From positions 4,478,234 to 4,542,233 of the forward strand of contig OZ245015.1 in the NCBI GenBank assembly GCA_965223705.1: a stretch of 64,000 bases of DNA. Reading direction: 5' to 3'. This DNA is from Myxococcota bacterium (GTDB taxonomy: Bacteria > Myxococcota_A > UBA9160 > UBA6930). Under the pieces are notes generated by a model. That model had not been told where the DNA came from. It ran no database searches and saw only the letters and a list, made by a program, of their open reading frames with translations. Position numbers and translations under genes: made by a program. Positions 55,372-63,295 of the stretch are shown piece by piece. How positions within the stretch are numbered: the stretch's first letter is position 1; each line of letters begins with the position of its first letter.

Positions 55372-56739
55372 CTAGGAACGTGACGCATTGCACTCGCCAG
55401 CCCGCTCTTCGCGCCGGTAGAGTGTTCGCCGGTTGACCCCCAGGATCCGGGCAGCCTCGGACTTGCTTCCCCCGACCTCTTCGAGAACCCGCTCTGTGTA
55501 GCGATCCGTGAGTTCGTGGAGGGTCCAGCGCGAACGCGCCGCTTCACTCAAGAGCTCTTGCTCGAAGTCTCTAGATACCTCCCGGGTCGAAAGCGCGAGG
55601 TCTTTCGGGGTGATCTCATCCCCTCGGGCGAGCACCAAGGCGCGCTCGATGGCGTTCTCGAGTTCCCGGGCGTTGCCTTCCCACGGGCAGTCGAGCAGCG
55701 CCTGCTCCGCTTCGGCGGAGAGGCGCGGCAACGGTTCCGTATCGTGTTTTCGAAGGAACGCTTCAGCGAGAAGGGGAATGTCCTCCGGCCGTTCGCGAAG
55801 CGGCGGAATCTCGATGGGGATGACATTCAATCGATAGTAGAGGTCCTGCCGAAAACGCCCGTCCTCGATGTCTCGACGGAGATTGCGGTTGGTCGCTGCA
55901 ATGATCCGGACGTCGACTTTCGTCGCCTTCGTGCTGCCGACCGGTCGAATCTCTCGATCCTGTAAGACGCGAAGGATCTTCGCCTGAAGGGCGGGGGGCA
56001 TGTCGCCGATCTCGTCGAGGAAGAGCGTGCCACCGCTCGCTTCTTCGAAAAGGCCGGTTTTGTTCGTGTGCGCTCCCGTGAAGGACCCCTTCACATGACC
56101 GAAGAGTTCGCTCTCGAGAAGACCCTCGGGCATGGCCGTGCAGTTGATCGGAACGAAGGGCTTTTCGGAGCGATTGCCCGCAAAGTGGATCGTGCGCGCG
56201 ACCACCTCTTTCCCGGTGCCGCTCTCGCCGGTGATGAGGACGTTGCTCGCACTGATGGCGACGCGCTCGATCAAGCCGTAGATCTCTTGCATCGCGCGGC
56301 TCTTGCCGATGAGATCGCCGTAGGCAGAAACGTCCGACACAGCCCGCCGCAAAGCGCGATTCTCGCGCTCCAACGTTCGAAACGTGAAAGCGCGTTCCAG
56401 AGAGACCAACAGCTCGTCATTCCGGAACGGTTTCGTGATGTAGTCGAACGCTCCTTCGCGCATGGCGCGCACGGCGGAATCGATGCTGGCAAACCCCGTC
56501 ATGAGAATGACGGGCGTGTATGGCCGCAGCTCTCGGAGCTCGGGAAGGAGTTCCATCCCGTCTTTCCCCGGCATGCGGATGTCAGAGAGCACCAAGCCGA
56601 ACTCTCGGTCAGAGACGGCCAGCAGAGCGGCTTCGGCGCTCTCGACCAGACTCACTTCAAACCCGTTGTCGCTGAGGAGATCTTCCAGCGTCTCGCGGAC
56701 GAGGGGGTCATCATCAACGACGAGCACGGTGCGGGACAT
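55372..56739 (-). CDS. Sigma-54-dependent response regulator (NtrC/AtoC family)
   Basis: Receiver (VVDDD, SDIRMP), GESGTGKE, ESELFGH..GSFTGA, FLDEIG, Fis HTH. Confidence 0.96.
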   Translation of the reverse strand: MSRTVLVVDDDPLVRETLEDLLSDNGFEVSLVESAEAALLAVSDREFGLVLSDIRMPGKDGMELLPELRELRPYTPVILMTGFASIDSAVRAMREGAFDYITKPFRNDELLVSLERAFTFRTLERENRALRRAVSDVSAYGDLIGKSRAMQEIYGLIERVAISASNVLITGESGTGKEVVARTIHFAGNRSEKPFVPINCTAMPEGLLESELFGHVKGSFTGAHTNKTGLFEEASGGTLFLDEIGDMPPALQAKILRVLQDREIRPVGSTKATKVDVRIIAATNRNLRRDIEDGRFRQDLYYRLNVIPIEIPPLRERPEDIPLLAEAFLRKHDTEPLPRLSAEAEQALLDCPWEGNARELENAIERALVLARGDEITPKDLALSTREVSRDFEQELLSEAARSRWTLHELTDRYTERVLEEVGGSKSEAARILGVNRRTLYRREERAGECNASRS

Positions 56740-56776
56740 AGATTCCTCCCTCGAACGGGGTCCAGGCTCACGAAAG

Positions 56777-56868
56777 AGCAGAAAACGTGCCGACCGCTAG
56801 CGCGATGAGGGCGTCCTAGACTGACCCAAATGTGTCAAAGCGTCACATTATTGAGGCTAAATGCCACA
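56777..56868 (-). promoter_or_regulatory. Sigma-54 promoter and tandem 17-bp palindromes upstream of the activator gene
   Basis: CGGCAC-GTTTT-CTGCT (56777-56792 minus); TGTGTC-AAAGC-GTCACA (56831-56847); TGAGGC-TAAAT-GCCACA (56852-56868). Confidence 0.75.
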
Positions 56869-58095
56869 AATGCTCCTTCCCCAAACCCACAATTCGCGGG
56901 CTAGGAGTGCGGCACACAGCCAAGCGCCCGCGTAGGGAACCCAGTTCGGCGCGCGCACGGCCGGCTCGGCCCCGCCCTTGGCGCGCACCCGGATCAAGGC
57001 CCAATCGATGAGGCCGAAGAGTGCCAGCGTGATCCACGAGGTCGTGCGCGCCAGGCGCTCGAGCGGAAACGATGTCGCCAGTACGAGAACGAGGACGGTC
57101 AACAACACGGTGGCGCGCAGCGGCGTCCGGGTGCGGGGGTGCAAATGCCGAAGAGCTCCCGGGACGCCCCCTTCCCGAGCGAGCCCGTAGACGAGGCGGG
57201 AGCCCATGATCAGCTGGATCAGGATCCCGTTCAGCATGCCGGCCGCCGCGATCGCGCTGATGACGACAGCCCCCTCGCGCCCGGTGCGTTCGAACACCAG
57301 AGTGAGCGGAGCTGCGCTCCGAGCGAGCTCAGCGGCGGGCACGGTCAAAACCGCGGCAAGGGACGCCATTGCGTACAGCGCCGCGGTCACCACGAGCGTG
57401 ATCGCGATTGCCCGCGGGACCGTGCGGCGCGCGTCCCGCACCTCCTCGGCGACGTTGACCATGTCTTCGAAACCGAGGAAAGCGTAAAAGCCCAAGACCG
57501 CGCCCGAGAGCACGCCCCAGAACGGAAATGCCGGAACGCCACCCGCGGGAATCGCGTCGGTCCCCGTGCCGCCGAGCAGATACGCAAAGGCTGCGCCGGC
57601 GACCCAGACGATCCCGCCGATCTCGAGCACCGTGAGGAAAGAAGCCAAGGCGACCGAGCCCCGAACTTTCCAACTCGCCGCCGCGCCTGTGGCGAGGACA
57701 ACGAGAAGAAGAGAAGGGAGGTATGGAATTTCGACGACCTCACGGAGGTACCCGATGCACGCGCGAGACAAGGTCGCCGCCGAGGTCACAGCGGCCAACG
57801 CGACCAGGAGGCCTCCGAAATGGGCTGCTCGTTCGAACCCGAAACCCGCCTTCAAGTAGACGGCCTCGCCCGCACAGCGCGGATAGCGCGAAGCCAGCTC
57901 TCCAAAGGAGAGCGCTGTCAGGGCGGCGAGCCCGGCTGCGACCAGGAAAGACGCGGGCGCCCAGACGCCTGCCGCGCCCGCGATTTTCCCTGTGAGGGCA
58001 TAGATCCCGGCACCGACTGTGGTGCCGAGTCCATAGAGCACCAGCATCCGCAGCGAGAGCGTTCTGTCGAGCGATGCGACTTCAGGCGGACTCAC
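56857..58095 (-). CDS. APC-family amino acid permease
   Basis: GTTVGAGIY, ELASRYP..AGE, FYAFLGFED..AEEV, SRLVYGLAR. Confidence 0.92.
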   Translation of the reverse strand: MSPPEVASLDRTLSLRMLVLYGLGTTVGAGIYALTGKIAGAAGVWAPASFLVAAGLAALTALSFGELASRYPRCAGEAVYLKAGFGFERAAHFGGLLVALAAVTSAATLSRACIGYLREVVEIPYLPSLLLVVLATGAAASWKVRGSVALASFLTVLEIGGIVWVAGAAFAYLLGGTGTDAIPAGGVPAFPFWGVLSGAVLGFYAFLGFEDMVNVAEEVRDARRTVPRAIAITLVVTAALYAMASLAAVLTVPAAELARSAAPLTLVFERTGREGAVVISAIAAAGMLNGILIQLIMGSRLVYGLAREGGVPGALRHLHPRTRTPLRATVLLTVLVLVLATSFPLERLARTTSWITLALFGLIDWALIRVRAKGGAEPAVRAPNWVPYAGAWLCAALLARELWVWGRSICGI

Positions 58096-58549
58096 GTACC
58101 GAGGTTTCCGCGGGCTCCGGCTGTTTTCCGACGACGAGGACGGGGCACTCCGCGCGGCGCAGGGTTCGTTCCGCGACGCTTCCCAGTACGAAATAGTCGA
58201 GCCCCGTCGTTCCGCGGGTCCCCATCACGATCATGTCCGCCGAAAGCTCCTTCGCGCGAGTCAGGATGACGTCTGCAGGACGTCCGTCGCGAACTTCGGC
58301 AGTCACCTCGGGGATCGAGTTTGCGACTTGATCCCGAAGGTCTTGCAGCCGCTTGTCGGCTTCGTCGCGGGCGCGCTCAATCATTTCGAGCGGGTAAGTC
58401 CACTTGTCCACAAACGTGTCCGGAAGGGAAAAGGCGTGCAGCAAGTGAAGTCGAGAGTCGAACGCCCGGGCGAAGAACTTCGCTTCTTCGAGCGCTCTCG
58501 CCGCGTCGGTCGAAAAATCGGTCGCTACGAGAAGAAGATCGAGCTTCAT
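58082..58549 (-). CDS. Universal stress protein (single domain)
   Basis: LLVATDFS, GTRG..LGSVAE..AECPVL. Confidence 0.93.
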   Translation of the reverse strand: MKLDLLLVATDFSTDAARALEEAKFFARAFDSRLHLLHAFSLPDTFVDKWTYPLEMIERARDEADKRLQDLRDQVANSIPEVTAEVRDGRPADVILTRAKELSADMIVMGTRGTTGLDYFVLGSVAERTLRRAECPVLVVGKQPEPAETSVRESA

Positions 58550-58552
58550 CGT

Positions 58553-59002
58553 CTACTCCGGCTCGGGGATCACAATGGGATCGTCGCGCAGAAGATTCTC
58601 GGACAGCACCGAAGCCTCTTCTTCTTCCATATCGTTTTGAAGGAGCTTCACGAAGCCGAGCGAGAGCAACGCCAAGGTGTTCTGATCGACCCGCGAGGCG
58701 TCGCCGATCAACGAATCCAGCATGCTGCGCTGGCGAACGTGTTCGTCCTGAAAGCGTCGAACGCGCTCCGGCCCCCATGCGTCGACTTGCTCGAGGACCG
58801 GCACCAAACGCGCTTCCTCGAAGTCCATGTGGCGGTGGAGGTGTGCGACGAAGCGGCGCAGGTCAGCCGCCAACACCTCGCCATGTACATTTTCTCGAAG
58901 GGTCTCGAGCGCTTCCCGCTCGATCGACAAGAGCTCTTTGCGAAGCTGCTGGTGTTGCTCGAGGATGACCGCGCGCGTCTCACCGGGGCTCAACTCTTCC
59001 AT
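58553..59002 (-). CDS. Hemerythrin-like (HHE) domain protein
   Basis: EQH, HMDFEEARLVP, DEH, DMEEEE. Confidence 0.75.
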   Translation of the reverse strand: MEELSPGETRAVILEQHQQLRKELLSIEREALETLRENVHGEVLAADLRRFVAHLHRHMDFEEARLVPVLEQVDAWGPERVRRFQDEHVRQRSMLDSLIGDASRVDQNTLALLSLGFVKLLQNDMEEEEASVLSENLLRDDPIVIPEPE

Positions 59003-59005
59003 CGA

Positions 59006-59248
59006 CTAACCCTTCCCCGCCGGCGGACCGTTGTCCCGGAGGTGCCAGAGGTTCCACACCACCATTCCGAAGCCGACCACCAGCAAGGTCGTTGGCATCC
59101 AGTAGAACGCGAGGATGTTGCCCAGATCGTGAGCCCATCCCCGTCCGAGGCCGGGATCGGTCCGCAGGGTGCCGACGAACCAGAGCATTCCCATCACGAT
59201 CGCGACCACACCGCCGGCCGCGTTCCACACTCGATCGACGTTCCACAT
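59006..59248 (-). CDS. Small two-TM hypothetical protein
   Basis: GAGGAG RBS; two hydrophobic segments; first gene after sigma-54 motif. Confidence 0.6.
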   Translation of the reverse strand: MWNVDRVWNAAGGVVAIVMGMLWFVGTLRTDPGLGRGWAHDLGNILAFYWMPTTLLVVGFGMVVWNLWHLRDNGPPAGKG

Positions 59249-59288
59249 CGGGCTCTCCTCTCGATCTGTGTCGCTGGAAGCTCAAAAC

Positions 59289-59366
59289 AGCAAAGTTCAT
59301 GCCGTGGTGACCGGTGTGACGAAATGCCTCAGCCTGCGCGCCCACCCGGATGGCCCGAAACTTGCT
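59289..59366. promoter_or_regulatory. Divergent sigma-54 promoters with central 17-bp palindrome
   Basis: minus CGGCAT-GAACT-TTGCT (59289-59304); TGTGAC-GAAAT-GCCTCA (59315-59331); plus TGGCCC-GAAAC-TTGCT (59351-59366). Confidence 0.72.
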
Positions 59367-59398
59367 CCCGGAACGGACAGAGCGGAAGGGACCCCGAC

Positions 59399-59845
59399 GT
59401 GCAGAATTTTCTTTCCTACCGGGTGAAGGACTTCATGGTGTCGCGGCCGCGCACCTTGACCGTCGATTCCACCCTGGCGCAGGCCCAGGATCTCTTCGAG
59501 ACCTACGGTTTCAACGCGATTCCCATCGTGGATCCCAACGGACGTCTCGACGGCCTCCTGAGCCAATTCGACGTCTTGAAGGCCTTCCGGATCAGCGACC
59601 CGGTTCGGTGTCCGTCCTATGAGGAGATCGCGACCCAACCCGTGGCCGCGTTCATGTCGAAAGATGTCGAGACCCTCGATCCCGAAGAGCGGGTCGCGCG
59701 CGCGCTCGACAGGATGATCGAGCTCAAGCGCAACAGCTTGCCGGTCGCCGAGGGCGGCAACCTGATCGGCATGCTCAGTCGTCAGGACGTCGTATACGCC
59801 TTGCGGCTCGCGGCGGGCATCGAAGACCCCCGCCATCCGGACTAG
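59399..59845 (+). CDS. CBS domain protein
   Basis: VKDFMVS..FNAIPIV..GLLSQFD; NSLPV..GMLSRQD. Confidence 0.9.
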   Translation: MQNFLSYRVKDFMVSRPRTLTVDSTLAQAQDLFETYGFNAIPIVDPNGRLDGLLSQFDVLKAFRISDPVRCPSYEEIATQPVAAFMSKDVETLDPEERVARALDRMIELKRNSLPVAEGGNLIGMLSRQDVVYALRLAAGIEDPRHPD

Positions 59846-59857
59846 ACCCGGAGTTCC

Positions 59858-59934
59858 TGGCGCGCCCGACACGACTCGAACGTGTGACCTTCAGGTCCGC
59901 AACCTGACGCTCTATCCAACTGAGCTACGGGCGC
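59858..59934 (-). tRNA. tRNA-Arg (anticodon GCG)
   Basis: GCGCCCG acceptor, D-arm GCTC-AGTTGGATA-GAGC, anticodon arm TCAGG-TTGCGGA-CCTGA, TTCGAGT loop, encoded CCA. Confidence 0.93.
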
Positions 59935-59988
59935 CTGGAATCCGCCGATCCTAGCGCATGCCCAGCCCTCGCCCACCGCGCCAACGCC

Positions 59989-60085
59989 CGCAAGCGAGCG
60001 AGTGCGAAGCACAAGCGAGCGCGCAGCGAGCGGGACGCGAGCGGGGACGCGAGCGGAGCGGGGTGGACTCGGCTCCGCCGAGCCC
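59989..60085 (-). repeat. Structured intergenic repeat, copy B (tRNA spacer)
   Basis: GGGCTCGGC-GGA-GCCGAGTCC, ACCCC, CGCTCGC, CTGCGCGCTC, GTGC-TTC-GCAC, CTCGCTTGCG. Confidence 0.65.
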
Positions 60086-60097
60086 GGGCCCACCATG

Positions 60098-60188
<91 letters not shown>

Positions 60189-60259
60189 GCGGTCGTCAAC
60201 CATAGCGATCCCAACCCTTTCAGTCGGCTATTCCCGCGGCGACTGCCGATACGACGGTG

Positions 60260-61411
60260 ATGAAGAAAAAGGTCCTCCTCGTCCATCACACCCTTCAGCC
60301 GCCGGGTGGGGGAGGCGCCGTCGCTGCGTGGACGGTGGAGGCGCTCCGGGACGACTTTGAGCTCACGGTCCTCACCTGGGGCGAAGTCGAGCTGGAGGCT
60401 ACGAATCGCATCTTCGGCACGAGCCTCCGGCGAGACGATTGCCGGTGGCATTCGGTCCACCCCGCCCTCGTGAGGGCGCTCGACGCGCTGCCGATTCCGC
60501 TCGCGCTGCTGACGATGCATATCGTCTTCCGGAGAGTGGCGGGGTTGCGCCGCGAAGAGCACTTCGACGCAATTGTCAGCACGATGAATGAGTGCGACGT
60601 CGGCACGAGAGCCATCCAGTATGTGCACTATCCCTGGGCTCGCTTTCCGCGCCCGGACTCCGATTATCGCTGGTACCACCTCGAGTCGGTCCTCCACGCT
60701 TATCGGTGGGGCTGTGCGAAGGTCTCGGGCTTTCGGGACGCGAACGTCCGAGACAACGTCACTCTCGTGAACTCCGACTGGACCGGAAAGGTCTTCGAGG
60801 AGCGCTATGGCGCCGCAGCGCTGACTGTCTATCCACCGGTACCCGGTGGTTTTCCCGACGTCCCCTTCGAGCGGCGCGACAACAGCTTTGTGTGCGTCGG
60901 GCGGATCGCCAGGGAAAAAGAACTCGAGAAACTGATCGAGATCCTGGCGGGTGTCCGAAAGCGCGGTCACGACATCGGCTTTCATATTGTCGGTCAGATC
61001 GGAGGGCGTGCCTACGCGAGGAAGATCCGGGCCGCCGCCGCGCCCCACGCGTCCTGGATCCGATTCCACCACGACGTTCCGAGAGACGAGATGACCTCGC
61101 TCATGGCGAACAGCCGCTACGGAATCCACGGGATGGTGGGGGAGCACTTTGGAATCGGCCCCGCCGAGCTACAACGCGCCGGCTGCATCACTTTCGTTCC
61201 GGACGAGGGTGGCCCGGTGGAAATCGTCGACCGCGACGAACGTGTGACCTACGGCTCGGTCGATGACGCCGTGGACAAGATCGATCGAATCCTCGGCGAC
61301 ACGGAAGTCCGGCATTCGGTGCTGCGCGACCTACAAAGGCGCAAAGACAATTTTTCCGAGAATCGCTTCATGGAAGAAATACGAAGCGTCGTCGACGCGT
61401 TCGTCCGGTGA
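60260..61411 (+). CDS. GT4 glycosyltransferase, ALG11-like
   Basis: GGGG, YVHYP, VNSDWT, VYPPV, EHFGI. Confidence 0.85.
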   Translation: MKKKVLLVHHTLQPPGGGGAVAAWTVEALRDDFELTVLTWGEVELEATNRIFGTSLRRDDCRWHSVHPALVRALDALPIPLALLTMHIVFRRVAGLRREEHFDAIVSTMNECDVGTRAIQYVHYPWARFPRPDSDYRWYHLESVLHAYRWGCAKVSGFRDANVRDNVTLVNSDWTGKVFEERYGAAALTVYPPVPGGFPDVPFERRDNSFVCVGRIAREKELEKLIEILAGVRKRGHDIGFHIVGQIGGRAYARKIRAAAAPHASWIRFHHDVPRDEMTSLMANSRYGIHGMVGEHFGIGPAELQRAGCITFVPDEGGPVEIVDRDERVTYGSVDDAVDKIDRILGDTEVRHSVLRDLQRRKDNFSENRFMEEIRSVVDAFVR

Positions 61412-61414
61412 CGC

Positions 61415-63295
61415 TCAGTGCAGCGAGTCGACCTCGGCGTCGTCGACGAGTCCGGCGATCTCGCGGAATCCCCGGTTCCGACCCGCGAGTTCCTCGAAGG
61501 TCCCGCTGTCGGCCACTTTCCCATCGCGAAGCAGGATAAGCCGCGTACACCGGCGGACTGTGCTCATCCGATGTGCCACGACCACGAGGGTCTTGTCGCC
61601 TCCCGCTTCTCGCAGCGCGTCGGAAACCGCTCGTTCCGTGGCTCCATCGAGGGCGGAGGTCGCCTCATCGAAGACGAGAACGTCCGGGTCGCGGTAGAGC
61701 GCACGGGCGATGGCGAGCCGTTGACGCTCGCCGCCCGAAAGGCGCACTCCGGATTCTCCGATCATCGTATCGAGACCGTCGATCAGACCTCCGACAAAGT
61801 CGGAAAGCGCAGCTTGCCGGAGCGCTTCCCAGACGCGAGGGTCGTCGGCTTCCCCCTCGTCCGAGCCGAGCGCGATGTTGCGTCGTATGGTGTCGTCGAT
61901 GAAGAACGCGTGTTGCGAGACGTACCCGATGCGCGACTGCCAGCGCGAGAGCACGCTTTGCAAATCCGCCGCGTCGACTCGGATCTGGCCCCGCGTCGGC
62001 GCGTGAAGCCCGAGGAGGAGGTCCAACAACGTCGATTTCCCCGCGCCCGAAGCTCCGACGATCCCGATGAATTCGCCTCGCCCGATGGTCACATCAATCC
62101 CCTGAAGGGCGTCGTCCGTGGCTCCGGGGTAGCGGTAGTCGACACCCTCGAAGCGCACCGCATCCTCGAAGCGAAACGCTGCCGGGGTCCGTTCCGACGC
62201 GCCGGAACCCGGACGCTCGAGTCGGGGTCCGGCGTGCCAATCGCTGTGAAGCTGATCGACGGCTGCCTCTCCGAAGCGACAATTGTTCAGGTGATAGACG
62301 ACGAGATGGAGCGAAGGGAGAAGACGCATCAGGGCGTAGGCCACCAGCCCGAGGAACGTCAAAAGCCGGCCGGTTTCGACCTCGAGGCGTGTGGCGAGAA
62401 CGATGACTGCGACAACACTGATCACGAAGAACGTTTCGACGGCCAGACGCGGGACGACGCGCAGAGAATCCGTCCGACGCTGTATGGAAGCGATCCGTGC
62501 CCGTGGACTCCGATACGATTCCACGAACTTCGGTTCGACGGCCAGGATCTTGATTTCCTTGATACCTCGAAACGACTCCTGCAATCGACGAAGAATCGTC
62601 GCGTTCATCTCGTGCACCGCCTGTCCCCAACCGGCGTAGCTCGACTGCATCGCGCGCAATAGCGGAATCGTTGCCGCGACCCCGAAAGCGCAGGCCCCGA
62701 GCGTCGCAGCCGGCGCCGCGGCGATCAGCACGGCGATGACGCCGACCACCACCAGGCACTCGGACAACGCTGCGGTCGCCGAGATGAGGACGCTGCGGGT
62801 GACCTGGTTGACCGAGTCGGAAGTGTTGCGGATGAGGAGCGCCGAATCGTGCGCGAGGTGAAAGGAGTAGGGAGCTCGCAGATAACGAGAGAGAATCCTC
62901 GTCGACATCGCGACAGCGGTGTTGTTCGCTACGCGATTCTGGGCGTAGTTCTCGACGAAGCGAAAGACATTCTTCAACAGAAAGAAGATCGCGACGATCA
63001 CCGCGTATGCGGACACGAAGCCCCGGTCCCCGACGTTGGGAGCGAGCGCTCGCAGCTCCCCGAGACCGCGCATGTTGGAGACGGCTTCGGGATCGCTCAT
63101 CAGGCCGATGAGACCGAAGATCAGCAATGCACCGACTCCCTCGAGTACGGCTGCGATCGCAGCGAGGGGCACGAGCGCGATCCAAGAACGTCGCTCAGCG
63201 TCTTGCAACAACGCAAAAGCGCGCATCGCGGTTCCGATCACCGGAAATCCGGCGACGGGGGAACGGGTCAATCCTACGCGCTGGCTCGAGCTCAT
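61415..63295 (-). CDS. ABC exporter, fused permease/ATPase (PglK/MsbA-like)
   Basis: GIKEIK, GASGAGKST, LSGGERQR, FDEATSALD, VAHR. Confidence 0.93.
   Translation of the reverse strand: MSSSQRVGLTRSPVAGFPVIGTAMRAFALLQDAERRSWIALVPLAAIAAVLEGVGALLIFGLIGLMSDPEAVSNMRGLGELRALAPNVGDRGFVSAYAVIVAIFFLLKNVFRFVENYAQNRVANNTAVAMSTRILSRYLRAPYSFHLAHDSALLIRNTSDSVNQVTRSVLISATAALSECLVVVGVIAVLIAAAPAATLGACAFGVAATIPLLRAMQSSYAGWGQAVHEMNATILRRLQESFRGIKEIKILAVEPKFVESYRSPRARIASIQRRTDSLRVVPRLAVETFFVISVVAVIVLATRLEVETGRLLTFLGLVAYALMRLLPSLHLVVYHLNNCRFGEAAVDQLHSDWHAGPRLERPGSGASERTPAAFRFEDAVRFEGVDYRYPGATDDALQGIDVTIGRGEFIGIVGASGAGKSTLLDLLLGLHAPTRGQIRVDAADLQSVLSRWQSRIGYVSQHAFFIDDTIRRNIALGSDEGEADDPRVWEALRQAALSDFVGGLIDGLDTMIGESGVRLSGGERQRLAIARALYRDPDVLVFDEATSALDGATERAVSDALREAGGDKTLVVVAHRMSTVRRCTRLILLRDGKVADSGTFEELAGRNRGFREIAGLVDDAEVDSLH

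Noticed and set aside
56831..56847. Canonical Crp/Fnr box
   Set aside because: Half-site spacing is one base longer than TGTGA-N6-TCACA, and no TTGAT-N4-ATCAA was seen; binding by the local Crp protein is not excluded
36841..59858. Integrative element inserted at the tRNA-Arg 3' end
   Set aside because: No integrase or transposase, and no duplicate of the tRNA 3' end noticed
59989..60060. CRISPR or tandem array from repeated GCGAGCG units
   Set aside because: Units are short and irregular with no spacers or cas genes; they belong to the structured repeat
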